A DNA stretch of 64,000 nt from Anthoceros angustus. Taxonomy: Eukaryota > Plantae > Anthocerotophyta. The stretch is taken from positions 1 to 64,000 of the forward strand of contig MU008157.1 in the NCBI GenBank assembly GCA_010909165.1. The letters run 5' to 3'. The notes beneath the pieces were generated by a model, which was given only the letters and a program-made list of their open reading frames with translations, made no database searches and was not told where the DNA came from. The number at the start of each line of letters is the position of its first letter. The stretch's first letter is position 1. Below are positions 13,430 to 24,087 of this stretch, piece by piece. The position numbers and the translations under genes are program-made.

Positions 13430-16400
13430 ATTCGTGGCCACTTACCCTATTATCCCTCCACAGGCCTCCTAGGCCCTAGCCCATGTTCTCCTCTTGCTCT
13501 CGCCTCTTGGGTTGGGCAATCTCTCCACAAAATCTCCACCTCCTCGAGCTGGACTCCTCCCTCTCTTGTGCTCGCCATAGCGCTGGGTACTCCTCCTCGG
13601 TGAGCTCTTGAATCTGGATGGTCAGAGTCTCCTCCGAAGAGTCCAACCCATAGGTAGGATCCAGTGCCAAGGCATGGATCAAGTACCTCCATGTCCCTCC
13701 GTGCCCACAACAACATAAACTGGGTGACAATCTTCTCTCCAGCCAAGGAGAATCCGGGCACATGATTATCTTGATAAGCATCCCTCAATCTAATGCACCA
13801 TTGGGAAGTTAGACTTCTTAGGCGGTTACCCTCCCCCAGCTGTTGTCCTCCTCCCGATCTTGTTGCCCTTTCTTCCTGCGTGGCTTTGGTCTTGGAGCTT
13901 ATGATTGTTTTCCCTAGAGCAGGCTGAGTTGCTTCCCTAGCAACGGCCGTGTTGCTTAGCAACCTCCTACTGCTAACTCAGATTCTTCCATAGGAGCCTC
14001 GCCTCTTCCACGGTGGCCCTCCTTGCAATCCCGGCCCTCTTGGCCTCCTTCCACCTTTCCTAGCCTCGTCCCTCTCCTTCTGTGGCCCGAGGCATCCGAG
14101 GTTTCCTGCACTTGTGCATCCGACGTGACTCTCCTATGGTGCTGTGTCGGAGAGCGAGCCATGAGGGCTTCTGGTCCTTAGACTTCCGCAACTCCTCGGA
14201 CCTTCCCTATTTCCACTTCCAAGCCGCTAGGCGTCCCTCCAAAACCTCCTTCTCCTTCTTCATCTTGGAGCTCCTCCAGCTCCCCTGTTGCTTCCCTTGC
14301 GCTTTGTAAACCTAACAAGGAGAGGACGAGCTATCGATCTTCCATCTCGCCACAGTGCGTGCCATAGCTGAAACCAACTCCTGAGGGTGATGTTAGGTCC
14401 CCGGACCTTTGCCGGGAATGGGCTCCCTCCTTCCTATCTCTGTCGTCACAACTTCCGGTATACTTGAAAGCCACCGTTGAGCAGTGTAGTCGCTTTCGGA
14501 TCTCGGCCGTGCCCAAGGGTTGGGCCGATTCCTCCTGACTGTGGTTTCCCACCCAGCTCTGGGATATTGGTGCTGCCAGCCTTGCCCTTGTCTTGCTTCT
14601 GCCTGTGTGAGCTCCCGTGCAGCTCTTGTGGCTCTAGGTGTTGTTGGAGTCCTGCTGTTGCTCTCCTCTTGGTACTGCCTTAGCAACTGCTGTTTTGTTA
14701 GCAACTGGCCGTACCTTAGCCACGGTCACATTCCTTTCATGGACACTTCGGACTTCTCACCTTCACTCCCAAAGCCACGGAGATGGCCTCTTCCTCCGAC
14801 TCCACTTGGACCCCAAGTGGCCCCACCTTCTATTAATAGCCGTGCTGAACCCCAGATGGGCCCCGCTCTCATCGAATAGAGGGTGGTTGCTAAGATAGCA
14901 ATCGGCTCGCCCGTTAAGGTAGTAACAATTGAGGGTCGCGCTAAGATAGCCACAGTGTCGAGTGTTGTTTAGGATAGTAGCTTGTCTCAGAGTCGCTAGA
15001 TGTTTTTGTATATGTTTGGTTGGATTATTATGTTTTGGTTGTCTTGACACGAAATCACTCCTCTTGGTACGAATCTCAAGTCTACAACGATAAAGAGGGT
15101 AAATGTGCGAAAGAAGAGTTAGCAACAATGAGGAGGTTGCTTAGCAACCTCCCTACTGCTAACTCCTAAGAATGATTCTTCCATAGAGCCTCTGCCTTCC
15201 ACGGTGGCCCTCCTTGCAATCCCGGCCCTCTGGCCTCCAGCCTTCCTAGCCTCGTCCCTCCTTCCCTGTGGCGCCTGAGAGGCATCCAGGTTTCAGGCTG
15301 CACTTGTGCATCCGAATAACATTCTGTGACCTCCTATGGTGCCTGTGTGTCGGAGGAGCCGAGCCATGAGGGCTTCTCGGTCCTTAGACTTCGTCAACTC
15401 CCTTCCTGGACCTTCCCCTATTTCCACTTCCAAGCCGCCATGGCGTCCCTCCAAAACCTCCTTCTTTCATCTTCCTGGAGCTCCTCCACCGCTCCTGTTG
15501 CTTTTGCCGCTCCAGAACCTAACAAGGAGAGGACCAGAGCTATCTCGATCTTCCATCTCGCCTCGGGTGCGTGGCCATAGCTGAAACCAACCTCAGAGGG
15601 TGATGTTAGGTCCCCGCACCTGCCGGGAATGGGCTCCCTCCTTCCCATTCTGTCATGACGCCACTGTCACAACTTCCTACTTGAAAGCCACCCTGCTGGA
15701 ATGGTGTAGTCGCTTTCGGATCACTGGCCGCCCAAGGGTTGGGCCGATTCCTCCTTGACTGGAGGTTTCGTACCAGTTCTCGGATATTGGTGCTGCCAGC
15801 CTTGCCCTTGTCTTGCTTCATCGCCTGTGTGAGCTCCTGGGCGCGCTGGCTCTAGGTGTTGTTGAGTTCCCTGCTGTTCTACCCTCTTGGTACTGTTAGC
15901 CTTAGCAATGAGCTGTTGTTAGCAACCTGGCCGCTACCTTAGCTACTCACATTCCTTTTCATGGACACTTCTGACTTCTCACCACCTCAAGCCACTGGAG
16001 ATGGCCTCTTCCTCCGACTCTCTTGGGCTTCCTTCTTTCAAACACTGGCCTCCGAAATGAAAGGTCGAGACCATCTCCATTCCCTCCAAAGAACTGGCAT
16101 GGTCAAAACGTGATTAAGAAGGGAGAGGGAGGGGCTAGGTGATGGTAGGGTCAAGTGGTCCTCTCCCCCTGCACGTGTGTCATAGAACCCGCCCAATCTT
16201 GGACCTCCCTCACCACCTCATAGTAGAAAGACAAGGAAATGATGAATGTGCCTTCCTTCTTAGTGAGTCGAGACACGTGATCCACTTTGGCTAATCCAAA
16301 TTACTGTGGTCTAGCTTGTTGGTGACCCATTCTCCACTCTAGACAATGTGGAGCAATGACCGCCAGGCCTCCTCATACTTTTGAGGAGATGGTTTCTAAA

Positions 16401-17460
16401 GGGTCAATGATTATCCGCACATTCCTCTTCGCTCTCATAACATCTTAAGCAAATTGAATATTCCAGCCGCGGGGTTGGTCTCACGTTGCCTTCCCCAATG
16501 GCCTTTCTCCTCATGCGCCAGACACCCAAAACCAACGAGGGCTATTGTAGCACCACTTTTTTGTCCATGAAGGATGTGATGCTTAGCCACTAAAGACCCC
16601 GCTTCACTCTCCAAGGTTCTATATTGGGCCATTGGACTGACTGTGAATGGCCTCAATGGCGACGGAGGGTTCTTCTTAGGTGCCATGCTCCTGGCCCTAT
16701 GACACAAGCTTAGAGCTTACAGAGCAAAAGGTGTCCCCACACTGCCTATGCTCTAATTTCACTTTCTCGTGAGTTGACTTCAAAGACCTCCTCCTGAATT
16801 GAAACCCCGACCGCCAATACACTCCCGCCTCGGCTGGGCCGTCTGGCCTCACCTCGGTTGTATGAGGCTTTGAGGGTGTATCCTGCAACCACTGCTGGGA
16901 TTTGGCCGACCCCTAGTGCTTTGTCTTGCCCCGCCTGGCTGACCTCCCCTGAGTGCGTGCCTCCGCCATGGGTCACCCTGCACACTTCTTTTCCTCAAGG
17001 ATTCCCATGTACCCCTTCACAGCCCATCCGACTTGCTCGCTCATAGCTTTCCTCGCGTACCACACTGAGCCGCCCGCCTAGCCTTTCTCCGTGGAGTTGC
17101 ACGATTACTCCCCACTCGCTGAGCATTTTACACTACCACTGGCTTACTCTCCGTATTGCCCTGCACGCCTGCCAGACTCAAGCTCCACTGCACCTTCATT
17201 CCGCCCGCCGCCTCGGTGCCGCCTTTCCAGCTGCCGCCCGCTTCCTCCAGCCCCTCTCAATCCTCGCCGCCAAACGGTTGGTCTCCTCACGAAAGCGCTG
17301 CTATACCGGGCAACTTCACGATCCGCCGCGACACCTCGCCTTGCATCCGTCCGGGCGCTCGCCCCTCCACCTCCACCCGCGCTGAATTCCTGCGCGCGGG
17401 CGCCGTCTTCGCTCCGCTCGATTCGATGCAAATTTTCCCATCGACTTAATTGCTAATAGG
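13430..17460 (-). pseudogene. Second copy of the family B LTR-borne ORF, interrupted by the rearrangement
   Basis: HIHHFLVFL.YEVVR at ~16250-16210 and the same C-terminal peptides as 3631-6211. Confidence 0.6.
14802..15107 (+). repeat. Inverted copy of the terminal ~0.3 kb of LTR B
   Basis: Reverse complement of ~12270-12545 and ~2460-2740 (GAGGGTAAATGTG, GTCTTGACACGAAATCACTC, CCACTTGGACCCC). Confidence 0.9.
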
Positions 17461-18213
17461 ACCCCCTGTTACTTTCCCGCTTTGGGTATTCCTGTGATTC
17501 CATCTGATTGGATTTTTCAAGTCATCGAAAGAAACTCCAACTTGGTTGCTACCATAGCAACAGCTCCCGAGTTTGCCAGGTCATAGCGACAGTCTCGCAG
17601 CAACGCTTAGCAACCGCGTTATAGCAACCGGCCGAGTACCCAACCCTCCGAGGTTCGTCGGGATCGTGACTAGACTCTTCCTCCTACTAGGCTCTAGTAG
17701 ACTTTTCTTTATTTCCTAACCTACTTCACATTCCAACTCCACACGATTCTCGCAACTTAAACACAAAACAAAAAAAACACTCCTTTCCGAGGGGGTCCGA
17801 GTACCCATGTGGTCACCACACACACGTTCGGCTGAACTCACAAAAGGAATACTTTACAATGAAGCGGGAACAAGGATATAGAGTCCAAGTCCCATGAATG
17901 GTTACAACTGTGAATAACTGTCATTAGGGTTTGCTAAAGTAATTAACCCTTGGTATATAACAATGAACCATAACTAATATAATTATTTATCAACACCCCT
18001 CTCATCAGATATACAATTAGCAAAATGGATAAACCAAATAATTGCCAAAGTCGCTAGGGTGTGAATGCCTCATAACGCCGCCGCCTTTCGCCCCGTCTGC
18101 TCTTACACTCACTGAGTTGCCTCCCGAGATCGCATACGCCTAAGCCGCTTCAATGGTCAGCCCGTGGCAGCTCCATAGATTTATCAGCTGCTGAAGATGA
18201 GGCCCAACAGGAA

Positions 18214-18795
18214 ATGAAGGACGCCTACCAAGTAGCTGTGCCTTCCTCTGGTGGTAAAGAGTCTCTTGGCATGGTTGCCCTCAGGCGCACGTTCTGCAAG
18301 TGCCCTGAAAACGCTCCTCCTTGCCCTGTCCATCCCAAGGAAAACATACGCAAGATGTCTGACCGAGGAGCTGCTAGACACTGGCAAAGGTGCCTTCAGG
18401 AGGCGAATGAAAGGGAAGCAAGACTGGTGCAGGAGATAGCTTCACTCAAGCGGACTGCTGCAACGACTTTCAGACAGCCTGCTCCCTACAACTACTGGAA
18501 CGCTAAGACACGGACTGAGAAACTGACGGAGGGGCTAGACAAGGTGGTACTCCCTGAGAACTATCAGCCCAGAGACTTCAACATGCCCCTAGGTCACCTG
18601 TACAAAATGAGGAGAGTGGTGACAGATGGAGATGGTGCTAACGACCCTATGATGCCTGAGGTCTACATCTGCCCTACATCAAAGGTGACCATGTTCCGAC
18701 AGAATTGGTGGAGATCGGGAGGACAAGACGGCAACTTTGTGTCATACTACGGTGAGTCCACAACACGCCGACATTTGCACATTATTGTGGTTTGA
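18214..18795 (+). CDS. Hypothetical protein (193 aa; may extend to 19006 across a frameshift)
   Basis: Uninterrupted ORF with ordinary amino-acid composition (CKCPENAPPCPVHP, predicted helix, NWWRSGG). An overlapping acidic ORF (18737-19006) follows in another frame. No family recognised. Confidence 0.55.
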   Translation: MKDAYQVAVPSSGGKESLGMVALRRTFCKCPENAPPCPVHPKENIRKMSDRGAARHWQRCLQEANEREARLVQEIASLKRTAATTFRQPAPYNYWNAKTRTEKLTEGLDKVVLPENYQPRDFNMPLGHLYKMRRVVTDGDGANDPMMPEVYICPTSKVTMFRQNWWRSGGQDGNFVSYYGESTTRRHLHIIVV

Positions 18796-19409
18796 CTCGC
18801 CATCGAACTCACGATGTGTTGTACAAAGGTCCAAAGAAAGGATGGCTGAAGAGGCTGGAATGGTCTGGATGGATGAAAACGAAGACGAGTCTGAAGAAGA
18901 CAACCCTGACTTTGACCCAAATTTTGTTGAACTCCAGAAGATGAACAAGAGAGGAAAATCTAAATTCCTATCCCCCTCTAGCTCCGAGGGGTCTGATGAT
19001 ATCTGAATTCTGCATCTTCTTAGGTAGGGTGTAGATTAGCAAGAAACTGAACTTGACTCCTACCTACCTGCCTCTCAGACTCTACCATCGCGAGGGGGGG
19101 CGCGGACAACAAACGTCCATCGCACCTGAGCAGACTGTGGAGATAGCGTTTTTTTTGTGTTTCGCACCTCAAGCCGCCACTAACAGGATAAGGTCCAGTT
19201 AGGTCTCGAGGCATATTGGAATCGCTACACGCGGCATACTAACTGCGTTATGATCGATCGCTGGGTTAACTTATGAATAATGATTCATTAGGTTATTACG
19301 TTATTAGGTTTTAAAATGCATACACTCACTTTTTCTTATTGTTTTATTAAACCCTAAATGCGCTTATCTTTTGCCTACCCGCACGCTCGTGCTCTCGCTT
19401 TTGCCGCTT

Positions 19410-21050
19410 CATGAGGATGGTGATGTCTTAATTCCTTTACCAAGGATCCCTCGAGGTGTTTGATCATACACCAAGGAACATGAATTTGTATTCTCTGGAG
19501 CAGAGTCCTACACAGGCGCACTCAACAAGCGGAGATTTCCTCTACATCCGTGCGTTGTTGGGGTTTGTTAAACTTGGTGGTGGCCCCCAATAATCGTGCC
19601 TTTACCTTCGAAGCTATCAACGGGTCAGTGCAGCAACCTCAAGCTACTTCCTTGACTTAATTTCTTTCAACTCTACTCCTCATTCTCCAACAAATTGCCT
19701 CAAGATCCGCCCACCACACAACTACACCTATGCCAAACATAAAATCTAACAACTACAAAACTCCTTCTTGGCACTAAAACACCTAGCACCAACAAGCCAA
19801 AGACATCAAAATCAGCCGCTACCCCACTCAAACTCGATCGGCTCTTGGCTCCCTTCATGCGAGCCTCCACTATCCGTGACAAAAAAGCAAGCCATGCCTC
19901 TTGGCAACCATGGCATCCTTGCTACAAGCATCTTCCATAACCCTAGAGGAAGAGGGTTTCCTTCTTTTCTTCTCCATCTGCACCTATCATGGCGCCTCAT
20001 CCTCATACTCCATCGCCTCCCTTGAGCGCCTATCAAGACCCACCACCGCTCCACTCCTTGGGCATCCGCCGCCCCAACACCATCTCCACTCTTGTAATGC
20101 CACCTCAGACCACCATCCGGACTCCAGGGCCACCCCTACATCGGTAGGGGCCGGCCTATTCGGTCCCTAAACCTACAAGACAACTCTGTTGGAGGGCATT
20201 AGGCCCTCACGCCCACTTACACCAACTCGGATCATCGGTCAACCACTTCCTACTCGAGGTTAGCCCCTTCTACCTAATTAGTTTTCCCTACATCCTACCT
20301 CGGAGCCAAGTTCCTACAAGATTTCCCAATTTACGCCAATGTAACCCCAAAATTAGTATTGATCGTATGACAATTCTCTTCCACTTCACTCTAGTTCTCT
20401 CGCTTTGCTCCAAATTAATCCCATCCAAAAAGTAGAAGTGCCCAAACTTTTACGTTCCACGAAACCATCCGAGCATTGAGTGGGCGATGGTGAGCCAAGA
20501 CGCCATAATTTGGTGGGTTGGGAGCCTCAAGATCGTTCTGAGCACATTGAGTTGTGCAACTGATTCAAGCTACAACTAATCTGGGAGATCTCTTGCCGAC
20601 TCTCTAAGACCACACCAATCTTGAGAAAATCTTTTCCAAGTGCATGAAATCGAGTATCTGACAAAAGCAGGGGAATATCGACGAGCAAGTCAAGAATCGA
20701 ATATACAAGCTAGTACGTATAATAAAGTATTATTAAGGGAAATGAATGGTATGTACAGTCCGAATGTTGCCACGTTAATCGAACCTCCATCACCTCTACT
20801 AGCTAGAGCGAACAATGGTAGCCAAACAACAGAATTCCTGCGTTCTTGCGCCCATGTTCCACAAAAGGAAGCGATCGTGATGGTGCTTGCAACCACCACC
20901 ATCTTGGTTGTGAAGCTCGCGATGCACCAACCCTTCTTCAATGTTGGCCGGAAGCATGCCGCTACGAGTGGCGCCATACAATAATATCATGAATATGCAT
21001 TGAAAGGACTACATACATCGAGGTTGTGGAGGATGCATCACACGGTGTCG
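19410..21050 (+). pseudogene. Decayed L1-type non-LTR (LINE) ORF2/RT fragment, unit 1
   Basis: Collinear degenerate motifs: VLIPFTK, LDLISFN, LKLD, GFPSFF..ASSS, GIR...SPLFV (compare GIRQGxPLSPLLF), FPTSYLG-like, and a GL..L...N region. Confidence 0.55.
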
Positions 21051-21064
21051 TATAGACTATAGTC

Positions 21065-21480
21065 TGAGCTTATTGATGACATTTTGTTTTGGTGATTAAA
21101 AGTAAGAAATTTAGGTGTCCAACATAACTCTAAAAAGAGAAGGTATTTCTTTTAGTACAAGCTATAGGCTAGAGCTCATTGATGACATTTTGTTTTGGTG
21201 GCATAAAAGTAAAACTTAGATGTCCAACAAATAAGTCTAAAAAGAGAAGGTATTTTTACTACATAAAGTCTTTGTTGCTCTTCATTTATAAAAGAAAAAT
21301 AAGGTATCTAGAATAGATGCATCCAACAATAACATCTAAAATGGAAGTCACCTAGATTAAAGGTGTTAAAGAAAGAAATCTAAACATGAAATTGCCTAGA
21401 TTAGAGGTGTACAAGAAAGAAAACTAAAATAAAAATTGCTTAGATTAGGCGTGTCCAAGAAAGAAATCTAGAGATTAGAA
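21065..21480. repeat. AT-rich sub-repeats upstream of CAF1 (2 x ~108 bp; 3 x ~43 bp), present in each complete unit
   Basis: GAGCT(T/C)ATTGATGACATTTTGTTTTGGTG occurs twice; C(C/T)TAGATTA..GTGT..AAGAAAGAAA occurs three times. Confidence 0.8.
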
Positions 21481-21999
21481 TGAGAAAATGCTAGAAGGTA
21501 TTTATAAGGAAAGATTACAAGAATGGAAGTAGCTTCTTAATAAAAGAGCTCTTGGAGGAGTATAAATATTAAAACCACGTCATACATTCAAACATTCATT
21601 TGTAAGATTTACCCCCCGGCATGTCTTCAAGTTAGTTGTGGACTTAGAGCTTTGCCCTTTGTATGAGATGTTCGCTTTTTTCTCCTTGAGCAAAAGATAT
21701 ATTAGATTTTATTATGATATGTGATGTAACTTACTTAACTCAAGAGAAGCTCTCGTTTGAAGTATTTCATATATTGAGATTTACTTTTGAACTAGGTCTA
21801 TTTTTGTGTCGCTTGGACCAAAGCGCATTTTATAATATTTCTTCGTTTTTCTCCTTGAAGAAAAAAAATTATTGACTTTTATTATGGTGTGTGACATAAC
21901 TTCTTGAACTTGAGGGAAGGTCTCACGCATAACAATAAGTTGCGGAGAAATCTAAAATTAATTAAAATATATATACCAAAGCATTTAGCGCTAGCCACA

Positions 22000-22789
22000 A
22001 TGACTTTGGCAGAACCACAAGTCGATGCACCTTTTATAAGACAAGTATGGGGTTACAATCTTGAGCAAGAATTAGACTTTATCCGGTTCCACATTATTGA
22101 TCAATATCGTATAATAATAAGTATGAATCTGAATTTCCGCATAGTGGTGGTGCCCGTGCGTTATTACATAAGACTATGAATACCAAATGATCAAAGGTAA
22201 TGTGGATAGACTAAGGTTAATCCAACTAGGGCTTACATTTGCCGGCGAAAATGCAAAGCTGCCTTTTTGTAAAGAAGCGAGAAGTTTGGTATGGCAATTC
22301 AATTTTAGAATCAACCTTGACCAAGATATGTATGTCAAGATAGTATAAATCTTTTTTGCATGTGATGGTATAGATTTGATCAACACAGGATAATGGGCAT
22401 AGATGTTCAATTTGACAGCTATTCAAACACCAACATATTACATAATCAAAATTTGCAATGGATTGGTTTCCACCCAACCTCGATTTTGCCTACTTGCTAA
22501 AAACCATCACAGTCAAGAATTACCGAGACAAGGCGAATTTCTTTGTTTTGTAGCTAATTATTTTCCTAATATATTTGACGTCAAATACATTATGTGTTGG
22601 ACAAGTAGTTTAAGTATATTAGCAAAAGTACTAAGGAGACGAGGACTTGTCATCAAGCGTCCAGATTCTATTGACTTTTCATGTATTTCATAAAATATGT
22701 GAAAAGTGGCCCATCTTCAAGATGGACGCTTCATGTATTATAAGGATCAATTATACGGATTAAGTCCATATAAAAATATTTTAAAATAA
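22000..22789 (+). CDS. CAF1: CAF1/POP2-family deadenylase (DEDDh), intronless, copy 1 (frameshifted as assembled)
   Basis: IRQVWGYNLEQELDFI, NVDRLRLIQLGLTF, WQFNFR, FHP..DFAYLLK, YFPNIFDVKY and LYGL are collinear with plant CAF1 proteins. Confidence 0.85.
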
Positions 22790-24087
22790 AATTATTTTAT
22801 TAATGAACTTAGTTCTATAAACATATTTTATCTTACTATCATCATGCGTATTATCTAGCATAAATTCTTCAACCCTATACGTGAAGATGCATGTGTTCAA
22901 TTGCTCTTTCTAACTCTACCATTGTCCCCAATGTGGGCATATTGATTTGGGCCCCTTTATCATTTTGATCTAGTTTGTTTCATTTTGGTTGACCCGATCC
23001 AAGGTGACCGCATCTATTAACGGGTGCTTTTTGAGCCATTTAGGGAAGTTTGGAACAAGGAGAGGAACTTAGAAGTTTCGAGGATAGGTAGACTAGTTGG
23101 TAGGATAGGAGGATGTCCTTCCCAAGTAGGTCGTAGGTCGTATGCACACTTCATGTAGCGGACTTGCGACAAAAGGACTACCTAAGGCAACCCACGAACA
23201 TAGTGTGTCCGGATTAACAAGACCAGCGGCGCGACTTATCTTAATCGGTATGCGGCGATTTCGATGCACGCCCAACTTCATGATCAAGGCGGTAGAGTGA
23301 GCTGCAGCTGATAACTAGCGATTCGCGGCGGCGCTGGGCATCCACGCAAGGCACACCTCCTATGTGTAACGCGGTGCATGCTCGCCAGCGGTGCGGACAC
23401 ACTTCACACCGCGAGATCGATCACGGATGAAGCATAAAGTTAATCAAGTCGACTCTCACAACTTCATTTCCACCATAGCCATACCATTCAGCGGGTTTGA
23501 GACGCAGTCGTCGGGAAGGGGCGGTTGCACGCCGCCTCGAAGGCAAGTTCGACCTCCTCGCCACTTTGGAGGTAGCGCGCGGGGCATCAACCAACTGGAC
23601 TTTCTCGCATCCACGGTCGAGCTTGCGATGGCTTTTCCATCTTCACGATTACGGTTGGCTCTTCCGGCAGTCAGCTTCGGAGCGCATCGAGCTTAAGGCG
23701 TAGTATGCAAAGATGCAAGCAAAATTGCGAGCAAGCTCTAGCGAAGCGAGCCGATCGGTAGCCGCATGCACAAACCATCGCGAGGGGGCGCGGACAACAA
23801 ACGTCCATCGCACTGGCGGTGGAATAAGCGTTTTTTGTGTTTTGACCTCAGCCGCCACCTAACAGGATAAGGTCCGAGTTAGGTCCTGAGGGCATATTGG
23901 AATCGGCGTTCGTTAGCACTAACTCGTGGTTATGACTCGATCGGGGTTAACTTACATGAATAATGATTCATTAGGTTATTACGTTATTAGGTTTTAAAAA
24001 CGTTACACTCACTTTTCTTTATTGTTTTATTAAACCCTAAATGCAGCTTATCTTTTTCCTACCGCGCTTCGTGCTCTCGCTTTCAAG

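Larger units (their letters stand above)
2423..17820 (-). mobile_element. Full-length Ty3/gypsy Athila-like LTR retrotransposon, family B
   Basis: Two LTRs with TGTGG...CCACA termini, TSD CACAC at 2418-2422 and 17821-17825, a perfect tRNA-Asp PBS, a PPT, domain order gag-PR-RT-RH-INT and no chromodomain. Confidence 0.93.
12230..17820 (-). repeat. 5' LTR of element B (~5.6 kb, enlarged by internal rearrangement)
   Basis: Copy of 2423-6555 plus an inverted fragment (14802-15107) and a second copy of ~13945-14801 at ~15136-16020. Confidence 0.88.

Noticed and set aside
19345-19360. Telomere-like AAACCCTAAA
   Set aside because: A single unit per array repeat in AT-rich DNA; expected by chance and not a telomeric tract.
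21050-23000. Definite Helitron or TIR transposon carrying CAF1
   Set aside because: No terminal inverted repeats, TSD or convincing 5' TC and 3' hairpin-CTRR pair were found.
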